IMG/VR virus record: IMGVR_UViG_3300030376_003877
Coordinates: 19,486-83,485 of that record
Length of the DNA: 64,000 nucleotides
From: a virus
Lineage: Duplodnaviria; Caudoviricetes
Strand: one strand, 5' to 3'
In this document: in pieces, positions 1 to 8,738 of the stretch
Position numbering within the stretch: position 1 is the stretch's first letter
How the letters are laid out: every line of letters begins with the position of its first letter
Made by a program: the position numbers and the translations under genes
Notes under the pieces: generated by a model
What the model was told of the DNA's origin: nothing
The model's database searches: none
The model's input: only the letters and a program-made list of their open reading frames with translations

Positions 1-33
1 TCATACCAGAGTCAAATCCGTTTTTGAAGGAAG

Positions 34-56
34 GTAGGCAGTTCTCCAACTGGCAC
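34..56 (-). promoter_or_regulatory. GTGCCAGTT-N4-AACTG dyad element upstream of a sigma70-like -10 that is cut by the window edge
   Basis: Minus strand GTGCCAGTTGGAGAACTGCCTAC; CAGTT-N4-AACTG dyad; 12 bp identical to 63696-63707; TGG-TATGA(.) begins 51 nt from the first G. Confidence 0.55.
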
Positions 57-66
57 ATAAACCAAT

Positions 67-93
67 CCCCCACACCTATTTAAGGTGCAGGGG
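67..93 (-). terminator. GC-rich stem-loop downstream of small ORF 141-311 (possible terminator)
   Basis: Minus strand CCCCTGCACCT-TAAAT-AGGTGTGGGG; only a weak U tract follows. Confidence 0.4.
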
Positions 94-140
94 ACTTTGG
101 TGGGATACTCCTAAGTAAGTGTGGGTTTAAAGTTAAGTAA

Positions 141-311
141 CTATTCTTTAGTCAAAATGTGCCTGCAGAACCTCCTTGCAGTTTGATCTATAATACCGCA
201 TTCCGAAATACATTGGAAATAATCAGATACCTGATCGTATTTTTCACTGACAGTTTCTTTATCATCCCATGTCCAGGATGCAAGTTCATTGCGTGATATC
301 AGGTTATGCAT
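141..311 (-). CDS. small Cys-containing hypothetical protein (56 aa), below ORF-track cutoff
   Basis: Manual translation MHNLISRNELASWTWDDKETVSEKYDQVSDYFQCISECGIIDQTARRFCRHILTKE*; TATAAT at 332-337 upstream; resembles a small conserved cyanophage family. Confidence 0.7.
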   Translation of the reverse strand: MHNLISRNELASWTWDDKETVSEKYDQVSDYFQCISECGIIDQTARRFCRHILTKE

Positions 312-381
312 AGTATTCTCCGTGTCACTACATTATATAGTCAGCGTTTGCTAACTTAACAAATATTTGTTACAATATAAT

Positions 382-2094
382 CTAACTTAACATTTTAGAA
401 AATCCTTTAACTTTTTCAAACTTTATTACTTTATCAAACTTATCTTCCATACCGGTCTTGTGAGAAATAACAAAGATATTAGCATCCTTGATTACATATC
501 TGATGATCTTAAGGAACTCATCTGTTCCAAAACCATCAAGAGATGAATCGAATACTTCATCCATGATTAGTAGATTAGTGTTGACTGAATTTTTAAGTCT
601 AGCAATCTCCCTCCAAGTGAATAGAAGAGATAAGTCTACTCGCATTTTCTCCCCTTCAGAGAAAGATGCATATGTAAAGTCTTCGTGAATTGGTGTTTCA
701 ATAGACTCATTGAACTCCTCATCAAGTTTAAAGTTGATGTAAAAGTCCATCATCTGGAGATACCGATTAACTTGTCGATTAATCAGAGGCAGATATTTGT
801 TTATGATTTTTCCTTTGACACCACCATCCTTCAAGAGGGTATGTATAAAATCATAGTAGGTAACTTTCTCTTTACGTTCAGCAAGTCTATCGTAAGTCTC
901 CTGAAGACTTTCTCTGAACGTTTCTAGTTTTTCATGTTCAGTATTTCTATTTTCGATCTGACTGGTAATAGTTTGAACTTCTGATTCCAGTCGTTTGACC
1001 TGTCTTTGATACCCAGTGATCTGAGTATTATTTGTAGAAATGCCATTAAGTGAGTTACTAAGTTCCTTAGATAATTGTTTAAATTGGGACTCTCTCAACT
1101 CTTCATCTTTAATCGCTTTTTGGAGATCATCAAACCCCTTACGCAATTCTTCTGCTTTATTTTGTGAGTCCCTGATCCTATTTACACGAAATGATTCTTC
1201 GATACTTTGATCGCAGGTGGGACATACCGTATTGTCTGTGAAAAACTTATGCTCTTTTACAATAGAAGATATCTTCTGCGACATCTTCCCTTTGATGCTG
1301 CCAAACTCACGAAGTCTAGATCCAGAATCTTCAAACTTCAATACTTGTTCACGAATATTATTCAGTTCAAGATCCTTATCCAATCCCCATTGGAATGCCT
1401 TTTCAATCTCCGCATTGATGCTATCAATAGTGTTTAGTTTAGAGTCAATATCTTCTTTACTTTGGTTTTCTATTTTCTTAATAAAGTCTTTCTGCATATC
1501 AACTTTATCTTTGATAGATTCTTTCTTGAGTTCTAATGTCTTAACTTCATCTCTAATCATACGAATCTTTGTCTTAATGATATCATTCATCGAGGAAAAG
1601 ATTTTAATATCTAAAAGGTCTTCAACAACTTCTCTACGACTTGATACTGGTAGTTGCATAAAAGGAACAAAAGTGCTGCTACCCAAAATTACAATCTGAG
1701 TAAAACTTTTATAGTTCATCTTTAGAACATTCTGTTCTAACCACTTCTGCTGATCAATAGCAGAGTGAGATTGATTCAGTTCTTCACCATTGCGATATAT
1801 CTTAAAAATATTAGGTTTAATTCCTCTCTCAACTTTCCAATCAGTATTGTTAACGCTAAACTCAATATTTACAAGACATCCTTTTTCATTTACGCTATTT
1901 ACTAATTGTCCTTTATTGATTTTACGAAAGGATTTACCATATAATGAAAATGTAAGAGCATCCAAAATGGTTGATTTGCCAGCACCATTTGTTCCAACAA
2001 TAAGAGTTGTAGATGAGTTATCTAGATTTACAGTAGTAGGGTGCTGTCCGGTAGAAAGAAAGTTTTGCCAGGTAATGGTCTTAAAGATAATCAT
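382..2094 (-). CDS. g46: recombination endonuclease subunit gp46 (SbcC/Rad50-like ATPase)
   Basis: Walker A GTNGAGKS, long coiled coil with CPTC zinc hook, FSEGE signature, LLIMDE Walker B, ISH. Confidence 0.97.
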   Translation of the reverse strand: MIIFKTITWQNFLSTGQHPTTVNLDNSSTTLIVGTNGAGKSTILDALTFSLYGKSFRKINKGQLVNSVNEKGCLVNIEFSVNNTDWKVERGIKPNIFKIYRNGEELNQSHSAIDQQKWLEQNVLKMNYKSFTQIVILGSSTFVPFMQLPVSSRREVVEDLLDIKIFSSMNDIIKTKIRMIRDEVKTLELKKESIKDKVDMQKDFIKKIENQSKEDIDSKLNTIDSINAEIEKAFQWGLDKDLELNNIREQVLKFEDSGSRLREFGSIKGKMSQKISSIVKEHKFFTDNTVCPTCDQSIEESFRVNRIRDSQNKAEELRKGFDDLQKAIKDEELRESQFKQLSKELSNSLNGISTNNTQITGYQRQVKRLESEVQTITSQIENRNTEHEKLETFRESLQETYDRLAERKEKVTYYDFIHTLLKDGGVKGKIINKYLPLINRQVNRYLQMMDFYINFKLDEEFNESIETPIHEDFTYASFSEGEKMRVDLSLLFTWREIARLKNSVNTNLLIMDEVFDSSLDGFGTDEFLKIIRYVIKDANIFVISHKTGMEDKFDKVIKFEKVKGFSKMLS

Positions 2095-2353
2095 TAGCGT
2101 CGTCAGGTGGAATTACAATATCATTTTTAGAAATCACGGCATAGCGATGACCATGCATTTCACATGTCTTTATCATCAACTCATCGTCAACTTCAAGAAC
2201 GTGCATCTCAGGGTATTCTATTTCTTCTAGTTGCATAGCATAACGCATTGCATCATCTTCTTGTTCAAATAGATAAAGAACTTGTTCTCCATCATCATCA
2301 ATTACAGAATATGCTCCTTCTTTTTCTTTTCCAGCTACTGTAATAATAAACAT
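2081..2353 (-). CDS. conserved cyanophage hypothetical protein (DUF3110-like)
   Basis: 90-aa acidic ORF coupled between g47 and g46; LYLFEQEDDAMRYA motif. Confidence 0.75.
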   Translation of the reverse strand: MFIITVAGKEKEGAYSVIDDDGEQVLYLFEQEDDAMRYAMQLEEIEYPEMHVLEVDDELMIKTCEMHGHRYAVISKNDIVIPPDDANDYL

Positions 2354-3396
2354 TAGATCAGTTCACATGCTTCTTGATAGGTTTCTCTCATAAAGTTTTT
2401 GACAGTAGATTTATCTAAACTAATGTCTGCTTCTTCAATATATCTATCAAGAATAGAAAGAGTGTTTTCTGTTTCTACGTCGCCAACATCTACGTCTTCG
2501 TCGTTAAGAATAAAGTTTTCAGCAATTTTCAAATCAGCAACGTTTGCATTGTATAACTTATCAATATACTTTTCAAACTTAACACTATCAGTTTTCTTAC
2601 GAACAACAACTTTTACAATTTTGTTTTCATATTTGGTAGCATCAAATAGTTGGTGGTCTGTATCTTCGTAGTAAAGAACATGAAACAGGGTATATGGATT
2701 GTTTATTGGAGCATGTTCCAGAGTTTCTGTATCAAAGATGTGAAATCCTCTCCGATCACCGACATCGTTCCAGAACATCTCATAGGGGTTGCCTAGGTAA
2801 TAGATTCGTCCATCATCCGATCTAGTGTGATAGTGACCGGAGAAGACCTTGGTGAACTTTGAATATAACTCGCTTGCATGACCATGATCCATGACGAGTT
2901 GTTTACTAACTCTAAATCCTGCGAGTTCAAGGTGCCCCATCGCGCACTCGCAAGTTGAACTTTTAATAAGTTTATAAGTTTCTTCTTCATTGTCTTCACA
3001 TATCCATGGAATGTATAATAGTTTGCGTCCATCTATTTCTACTTCCGTAGCACTAGAATATGTGGTTACATTATCATACTCTTTGAGAAGAAGTTCTACT
3101 GCATTGATAGAGTTGGTATTTTTATAGTAAGCATCATGATTGCCAACCATCAGGTCCATAGTAATGCCCATCTTTTTCAGAGGTTCAAATACTACTCTCT
3201 TCGCCCAGTCTAATGATTTAAACTCTATTCCTTTCCTGCTATCAAAAGCATCACCCATGTGGATAACATGAGTGATTTTTTCTTTTTCTAAAGTAGGAAA
3301 GAATATATCATTGTAAAACTTCTCAAAGTAATCATGAAATAATCTAGAACCCTTACGTGCTCCAAAATGAGTATCAGTTATAATAGCAACGCGCAT
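2353..3396 (-). CDS. g47: recombination endonuclease subunit gp47 (Mre11/SbcD-like)
   Basis: Phosphoesterase motifs DTHFG, GDAFD, GNHD, SGHYH; adjacent to g46. Confidence 0.97.
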   Translation of the reverse strand: MRVAIITDTHFGARKGSRLFHDYFEKFYNDIFFPTLEKEKITHVIHMGDAFDSRKGIEFKSLDWAKRVVFEPLKKMGITMDLMVGNHDAYYKNTNSINAVELLLKEYDNVTTYSSATEVEIDGRKLLYIPWICEDNEEETYKLIKSSTCECAMGHLELAGFRVSKQLVMDHGHASELYSKFTKVFSGHYHTRSDDGRIYYLGNPYEMFWNDVGDRRGFHIFDTETLEHAPINNPYTLFHVLYYEDTDHQLFDATKYENKIVKVVVRKKTDSVKFEKYIDKLYNANVADLKIAENFILNDEDVDVGDVETENTLSILDRYIEEADISLDKSTVKNFMRETYQEACELI

Positions 3397-3899
3397 CAGT
3401 TACGAAGTTTTGAATGAACGGCATCTTTGATGCTATTGTACTCGCTATAGTTGGCAGAGTCAAGGTCGTTCGCATCAAAGACTTCATCAAAGTTGGTCTT
3501 CTCAAGAATCTTGTTTTTAATTTCTAACTGCTTCTTCTCTTGCTGAATCCTTCTCAGAAAAGCATAGTAGATGATTTGTGTGAAATACGCAAATGGATTC
3601 TTTGACTTCTCTGGATTAAAGTTATGAACGTATCTTACACAGTTTTCAATACCATCACAAATCATATCATCTTTGAACATATAGTTCACGAAGTTTGGTT
3701 TGTATGATAAATGGTTAGCAATCTTGAGAAAGCACTCTCCAATATACCTAGGAATCTGAGGTTTGGGTTGATCATTCAACTTTGCTCTTTCTACTTTAAT
3801 AAAGTAATCCTCTAGAGCATTAAGAAATTCTTTATTATTAACGTAGTGTTCTGATTTCTTAGGTCTAGGCATAGTTCCATACGATTTAGTTGCATTCAT
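3396..3899 (-). CDS. g55: late transcription sigma factor gp55
   Basis: HYVNNKEF, YKPNFVNY, NPFAYFTQIIYYAFLRRI motifs; start moved to 3899 (or 3872) because the track start overlaps the promoter. Confidence 0.95.
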   Translation of the reverse strand: MNATKSYGTMPRPKKSEHYVNNKEFLNALEDYFIKVERAKLNDQPKPQIPRYIGECFLKIANHLSYKPNFVNYMFKDDMICDGIENCVRYVHNFNPEKSKNPFAYFTQIIYYAFLRRIQQEKKQLEIKNKILEKTNFDEVFDANDLDSANYSEYNSIKDAVHSKLRN

Positions 3900-3923
3900 A
3901 ATATATTTAAATCTGTTCCTTAC

Positions 3924-3952
3924 ATTATAACAGAAAAACAAGTAGTTGACAA
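3924..3952 (-). promoter_or_regulatory. sigma70-like promoter for g55-g47-g46
   Basis: TTGTCA-N17-TATAAT on the minus strand. Confidence 0.75.
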
Positions 3953-4001
3953 GATTACGATTACCCTATAGACTAGGTTTGTCGCCTTTGAAGAAAAGGT
4001 T

Positions 4002-4388
4002 CTAGCTATTATTATAGAGTTTCTCTAAAACCTCTTTTGCTTCATGGACAGAAGAGATGTATCCCATCTTTCTGTCTAGTTTGGAGTTATTACCTTTAAA
4101 CATTTTACGAATATAATCTTGATAATATACAATCATTTCAATATCAGATGATTCAGACAATGTAAGAACATCTTCTAAGTTAATAATGAACATATCTTCT
4201 TTAGTGGTCTTTAGCCAAGGTTCAAACTTATAACCTGTTGAAGTTCCTCTTATTCGTATCTCTTCAACCATAATAGGATTAGAAATAATTAACATTGTCC
4301 TATTTTCTTCTTCTGATGCTGCCACCTTAGCAAATATCTCTTCTCCACATTTAAGTTTTATCGTTGCATAAAAGTCATCTTCAATCAT
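4002..4388 (-). CDS. conserved cyanophage hypothetical protein (uvsW-adjacent, Sm-like fold suspected)
   Basis: 128-aa ORF, ATIKLKCGEEIFAKV N-terminus, conserved position between uvsW and g55. Confidence 0.75.
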   Translation of the reverse strand: MIEDDFYATIKLKCGEEIFAKVAASEEENRTMLIISNPIMVEEIRIRGTSTGYKFEPWLKTTKEDMFIINLEDVLTLSESSDIEMIVYYQDYIRKMFKGNNSKLDRKMGYISSVHEAKEVLEKLYNNS

Positions 4389-4404
4389 AAATTAATCTCC
4401 TTTG

Positions 4405-5868
4405 CTAGTCTTTTATATCAATAGATATGATGTCATAGTTAAATTGTTCTTGAACATATATTTTCACTCTTTCAATAAAATGGTTTAAGGTATAGTTTTT
4501 CCTAGAACCACTAGTTAAGTCATCAGCAATATCATAAAGTTTTGCTTTAGTCTTATCTTTGCCTTTTCGCAGGACTCTACCAATACTTTGTAAATTGCGT
4601 ATACGAGATTTTGATGGAGAGGCAAATATTACGTTATGAAGATTCTTGATATTGATTCCTGTACTGAATGTTCCGTAAGAAGCAACGATGATTGCATCCT
4701 TTTCCAGTTCAGTAATCGCTCTTACGTGTTCTCTATCTTGGGCGTCTACACCACCATGAATAAAGAATACTTTTCTTTCTTCATCTACGTTTTTATTTAT
4801 TAATTCAAAAAGTACCTTACCATGTGCTTCAACACGACTGAATAGAATTAAAGTATTACCTTTCAAATCTATTGATAGATTTTTAATGAAGTTATTTCTT
4901 TTCTCATGTGATATAAGAAACTGAATCTCATCTTCATAAGTATCAAACTTTTTTGGTTTATACTTCAAGACTAGACATTGTATATCCAATGTAGCAAGAT
5001 GACCTTGATCGATTAGTTTCTTAGTTTGAGTGACTTTATATGATGGGCCAAAGAGACCCTCTAACACCCACTTATGCGTCTGTGTGCCGTCTAAAGTACC
5101 TGTGAATCCATATCTATACTTAGCATGATGTAACTTGTCCATAATCCCTACAAGGGACTTACTTTTAAAAAGGTGCGCCTCATCACCAATCACCACATCA
5201 TAGTCCTCAAAGAACGTTCTATCTAACTGATACACAGACTGCCAAGTAGTAATAGTTACTTCATTAGTATTGACTCTCTCACGCCCTGCATAGATTCTAT
5301 GGCAGTAGTTCTCTGCATCCCACCCATAGTCCTGGAAGTCTTTAAACATCTGCTCTACAAGCGATGTAGTAGGGACTACAAGAAGTATCTTTTTACCTGA
5401 GTTAACAAAGTATCTCACAATCGTATAGATCATGAATGACTTGCCAGATGCAGTTGGAGATATAAGAAGTTTTCTGTTATACCTTAACGCATCATGAACA
5501 GCATCAATCTGATAATCTCTTGGTTTGAGATTAGTGATTGTTCCCATAAAGTCTTTGACACCCTCCTCTGAAATCATTTGATTGACTTCAAATGGAGGAC
5601 CATAAAATTTATTATCTTCAAACTGATATGAATATCCTGCTTGCTCACAAAATGCTACAATCTTATCCAAGAGACCAACATAGATTCTCTTAGTCTTCAT
5701 ATTGAATAAGTGTACATATCCATCCCAGTACTTGCTTCTGTACTGAGGCATAAACTTTTTATTTGGAACCTCAAAAGTGAATCTATCTCTCAGTTCATGT
5801 TCAACATGAGGTTCAGTATCAATCTTCAAATAAACTTCATTTACCTTCTGTATCACCAGGTTGGTCAT
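4405..5868 (-). CDS. uvsW: UvsW RNA-DNA/DNA-DNA helicase
   Basis: SPTASGKS, GDEAH, GFTGT, QSIGRVLR motifs; T4 synteny. Confidence 0.96.
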   Translation of the reverse strand: MTNLVIQKVNEVYLKIDTEPHVEHELRDRFTFEVPNKKFMPQYRSKYWDGYVHLFNMKTKRIYVGLLDKIVAFCEQAGYSYQFEDNKFYGPPFEVNQMISEEGVKDFMGTITNLKPRDYQIDAVHDALRYNRKLLISPTASGKSFMIYTIVRYFVNSGKKILLVVPTTSLVEQMFKDFQDYGWDAENYCHRIYAGRERVNTNEVTITTWQSVYQLDRTFFEDYDVVIGDEAHLFKSKSLVGIMDKLHHAKYRYGFTGTLDGTQTHKWVLEGLFGPSYKVTQTKKLIDQGHLATLDIQCLVLKYKPKKFDTYEDEIQFLISHEKRNNFIKNLSIDLKGNTLILFSRVEAHGKVLFELINKNVDEERKVFFIHGGVDAQDREHVRAITELEKDAIIVASYGTFSTGINIKNLHNVIFASPSKSRIRNLQSIGRVLRKGKDKTKAKLYDIADDLTSGSRKNYTLNHFIERVKIYVQEQFNYDIISIDIKD

Positions 5869-5894
5869 AATATACTCTTACCTGGAAATATTTA

Positions 5895-6095
5895 TTACAT
5901 ATTATTAAACTTATAATCCAATATCATCCTATACAATGAGTCTCTCAAAACCCATAAGTGCTCTTGCTCCATTGGGTCTCTGGATGGAGATCCTTCCCAT
6001 AATCTTATACGCTCAAGAACACAATGATGTAACAGATGAATATCCTGTATGGTTAAGTTTACAGTATAATCGTATTCTGGTTGTTCTTGATTCAT
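5895..6095 (-). CDS. hypothetical protein
   Basis: 66-aa ORF overlapping the uvsY stop (TAATG). Confidence 0.65.
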   Translation of the reverse strand: MNQEQPEYDYTVNLTIQDIHLLHHCVLERIRLWEGSPSRDPMEQEHLWVLRDSLYRMILDYKFNNM

Positions 6096-6529
6096 TAACC
6101 TAGTCCTGATGAAAACTTCATAAATTCCAGTGCATTCTTGATTTGATATGTCCTATTGTATATCATCTTCAATATCTCTTCAATATATTTTAATGTTGTA
6201 TCATAATATTCTATTTTTAACGAAAGTCCTGAGAGTTTTGTATCCGCATCCAAATATTTTTGCATAGTGTCTTTATCTCTAATCTTTTTAGGAAATGGAT
6301 TTTCAGCATATACTTCTGGATCTGCTTTTCCAGAGTAATATTCATATCTTTCGTGTCTAATATTTTTTCTTTGTTGTTCTGCTTTCTTTCTGAGAAGTAT
6401 TAAGTTATTGTAGATATCATAATATTTGGCATGTAAAACTGGAATATTAAGTGATTCAGTATGTAAATTATCTGGATCAATCTTTGAGTCCTTTTCCCAC
6501 ATACCTTGCACAGTCACAAGATCAATCAT
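6095..6529 (-). CDS. uvsY: UvsY recombination mediator
   Basis: IPVLHAKYY, RYEYYSGKA, RTYQIKNA motifs; start at 6529 gives an ATGA overlap with g3. Confidence 0.93.
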   Translation of the reverse strand: MIDLVTVQGMWEKDSKIDPDNLHTESLNIPVLHAKYYDIYNNLILLRKKAEQQRKNIRHERYEYYSGKADPEVYAENPFPKKIRDKDTMQKYLDADTKLSGLSLKIEYYDTTLKYIEEILKMIYNRTYQIKNALEFMKFSSGLG

Positions 6530-7167
6530 GCACAACAACCAACAGATTCAATGTTGTATATAGTATACTTGAAACTAACCTCTGCTGTAAAGTATTCTGT
6601 GTCGGCAAGTGTAGCATCAAACTGTAATGTGGTCAAAGAGTATGGAAACATATCTTGAAAATGAACTTTGAAGTTTGGATTCATCATTGAATCGTACACT
6701 AGAAGAGTTCCATCAGAATACAGATTAAGACCTGTTTGTAAATCTGGTCTAGCAACTCCTTCTGTATTCTCCTGGAAATCATAGATTTGATCTAGTGATT
6801 CTGGAAAACCAATACCTCTTATCCAGTTCTGTATTTCAATATAGTTTTCTAAATTTTCATCAACTAAAAATCTTAAATTTAAATCACCAAACTCAATGAC
6901 ATCTCCAGGTCTATCGATATTCTTCAAACCTGCAGTTGGTTGTATAGTAGTTCCTAAAATCAACTCAGGAATATTTACTGCATTACCAAAGAAAGCAACT
7001 TTAGGCGATCTTGATATAATCATCTTAAACCCAGAAGGTTGAAGAAAGTTTCTATCAGCAACTTGTTTTAACTTTGCTACTCTTTCTTTTTCCGAAGAAC
7101 TACCTCTAATTGGTTGCCTAGTTCTTACTTGAGCAGCAGTTCCAAGTTTTCGTGATTGACCTGCCAT
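6526..7167 (-). CDS. g3: tail tube terminator / tail completion protein gp3
   Basis: NFLQPSGFK, FLVDENLENY, FPYSLTTLQF, AEVSFKYT motifs; downstream of g23. Confidence 0.9.
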   Translation of the reverse strand: MAGQSRKLGTAAQVRTRQPIRGSSSEKERVAKLKQVADRNFLQPSGFKMIISRSPKVAFFGNAVNIPELILGTTIQPTAGLKNIDRPGDVIEFGDLNLRFLVDENLENYIEIQNWIRGIGFPESLDQIYDFQENTEGVARPDLQTGLNLYSDGTLLVYDSMMNPNFKVHFQDMFPYSLTTLQFDATLADTEYFTAEVSFKYTIYNIESVGCCA

Positions 7168-7179
7168 AATCTTTTTAGT

Positions 7180-7186
7180 TATTTAT
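7180..7186 (-). promoter_or_regulatory. gp55-type late promoter (ATAAATA) upstream of g3
   Basis: Similar (A/C/T)TAAATA motifs lie just upstream of many structural genes: 11123-11129, 11338-11344, 13051-13057, 15953-15959, 18690-18696, 20110-20116, 23937-23943, 25399-25405, 28866-28872, 38649-38655, 53249-53255. Confidence 0.8.
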
Positions 7187-7196
7187 CTATTACCAT

Positions 7197-7223
7197 AAAA
7201 AAAGGACCCCACAATGGGGGTCC
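7197..7223 (-). terminator. rho-independent terminator after g23
   Basis: GGACCCC-6 nt-GGGGTCC followed by T7 on the minus strand. Confidence 0.88.
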
Positions 7224-7245
7224 CAGTGTTGTGTATCCTAATGGA

Positions 7246-8685
7246 TCACATAAGGTTCTTAACAGCAACTCTTCTGTAGTAACGGTTAGAGTTAATACGA
7301 AGTCTGCCAAGACCCTGAGTAGTACCCTCAGCGAATGGGTTAGCAACAAGACCATAACGAGTCTTAAAGCCAATTTTGGGCTGGAAGGTGTTCTCACCAA
7401 CGGCGCGAACCATCTGGAGAGGAACATAAGGACAATAGAACAGTCCAGCGTCATAAGGAGAAGAACCCTTATAACCAACGACGTAATACTGGTTACCGGA
7501 AGCAGAAGCAGCATTGCCACTGGTCAGGTTTGCAGCGTATGGGTCGATGTATACGCGGAACTTGCCATTGATTGTACCAGCGAAAGTATTGCCGGTGTCG
7601 TCAACATTAAGGTTGGAGTTCAGAGCAGGGGTGTAATCCAGGATTCCTGCCATGGTCAGAGCGGAAGCAACGTCTGCGGAACACAGAACCATGTTGCCCT
7701 TCCCTCTACGAGTGCGCTGGGCAATCGCGTTGGCGTCTCTTTCGATTTGGAAAAGAAGACCTTTGAACTTCTCAACAGACCAGCGACCGTTGGAGTCAAC
7801 GTCGAGGTCAAATACGCCTTGAGTAGCGGTGTTAGAAACAGCACCCTGTTCAGCAACCTTGTAGATGGTTCTGATAACTTCTCTGTTGATTTCCGCAAGG
7901 ATTTCAGTAGAGAGGATGTTAGCAAGTTCTGCTTCAGCGTTAAGACCGTGGATTGCCTTAAGGTCTTGTGCCAGTTCCAAAGAGTACTCTGCTTTCAGAG
8001 CTCTGGACTTAGCGGTTACAGTGACTTTCTCGATAGAGAATGCCATCTGGTTGAAGTGATCTCCAGTACCTGATCCCAGGTTCTCAGAGTCACCAGTAAC
8101 CATACCTTCACCAACGTTGTATGGTGAGGGGTTGGTGGTTGCAGTACCAACGGGGTTAAGAACGGAAGGATTACCGCCTGAACCTTGTGAAGTAGTACCA
8201 AGACCGACAGGGCCATCGGCAAAACCTGATTCCAGGTTGAAACCGTCGTCCTGACCGGAGAATGCGGTATCGACTTCATCGAAGAATGTCTCGTTACCGC
8301 TCTGATTGTTGTAGCGGGAACGCATTGCGAAGATCAGTCCAGTAGGACCGTTCATCGGTTGAACGCCAGCAAGGTCATATGCGACCAGGTTAGGCATTGC
8401 GCGTCTGATCAAGGAGATCAGAACAGGGTCGAAACCAGCAACAGGGCCAGCAGCGGTTGCATTAGCACCAAAACCACCTGAAGCACCAGCAGCATTAGCT
8501 GCGTTGGTGGGGGTTTCCATCAGGTTAATGCCCTGACTAAATGCTGCTTCCTCTTTAAGGAACTTTTCTTGGTTTTCGAGCAGGACGGCGGTTACCGATC
8601 TACGATGAGAGTCTTTGATTGGATCAAGACCCTCATAATCGAGAAGGGGACTCCACTTTTCCTGCAGATGTTCAGATTGGAACAT
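7246..8685 (-). CDS. g23: major capsid protein gp23
   Basis: GFDPVLISLIRRAMPNL, KSRALKAEYSLELAQDL, FQPKIGFKTRYG. Confidence 0.99.
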   Translation of the reverse strand: MFQSEHLQEKWSPLLDYEGLDPIKDSHRRSVTAVLLENQEKFLKEEAAFSQGINLMETPTNAANAAGASGGFGANATAAGPVAGFDPVLISLIRRAMPNLVAYDLAGVQPMNGPTGLIFAMRSRYNNQSGNETFFDEVDTAFSGQDDGFNLESGFADGPVGLGTTSQGSGGNPSVLNPVGTATTNPSPYNVGEGMVTGDSENLGSGTGDHFNQMAFSIEKVTVTAKSRALKAEYSLELAQDLKAIHGLNAEAELANILSTEILAEINREVIRTIYKVAEQGAVSNTATQGVFDLDVDSNGRWSVEKFKGLLFQIERDANAIAQRTRRGKGNMVLCSADVASALTMAGILDYTPALNSNLNVDDTGNTFAGTINGKFRVYIDPYAANLTSGNAASASGNQYYVVGYKGSSPYDAGLFYCPYVPLQMVRAVGENTFQPKIGFKTRYGLVANPFAEGTTQGLGRLRINSNRYYRRVAVKNLM

Positions 8686-8738
8686 TTGCTTTACCTCTTT
8701 TAAAAATTTTTAGTGGTTTGTTTGAATCAATTTTGTGT

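Noticed and set aside
141-311. Possible CP12 (small Cys-containing cyanophage protein)
   Set aside because: Lacks the CP12 C-terminal C-x8-C-x3-D and AWD-type motifs
7156-8073. 305-aa plus-strand ORF antisense to g23
   Set aside because: In-register shadow ORF of a highly codon-biased gene
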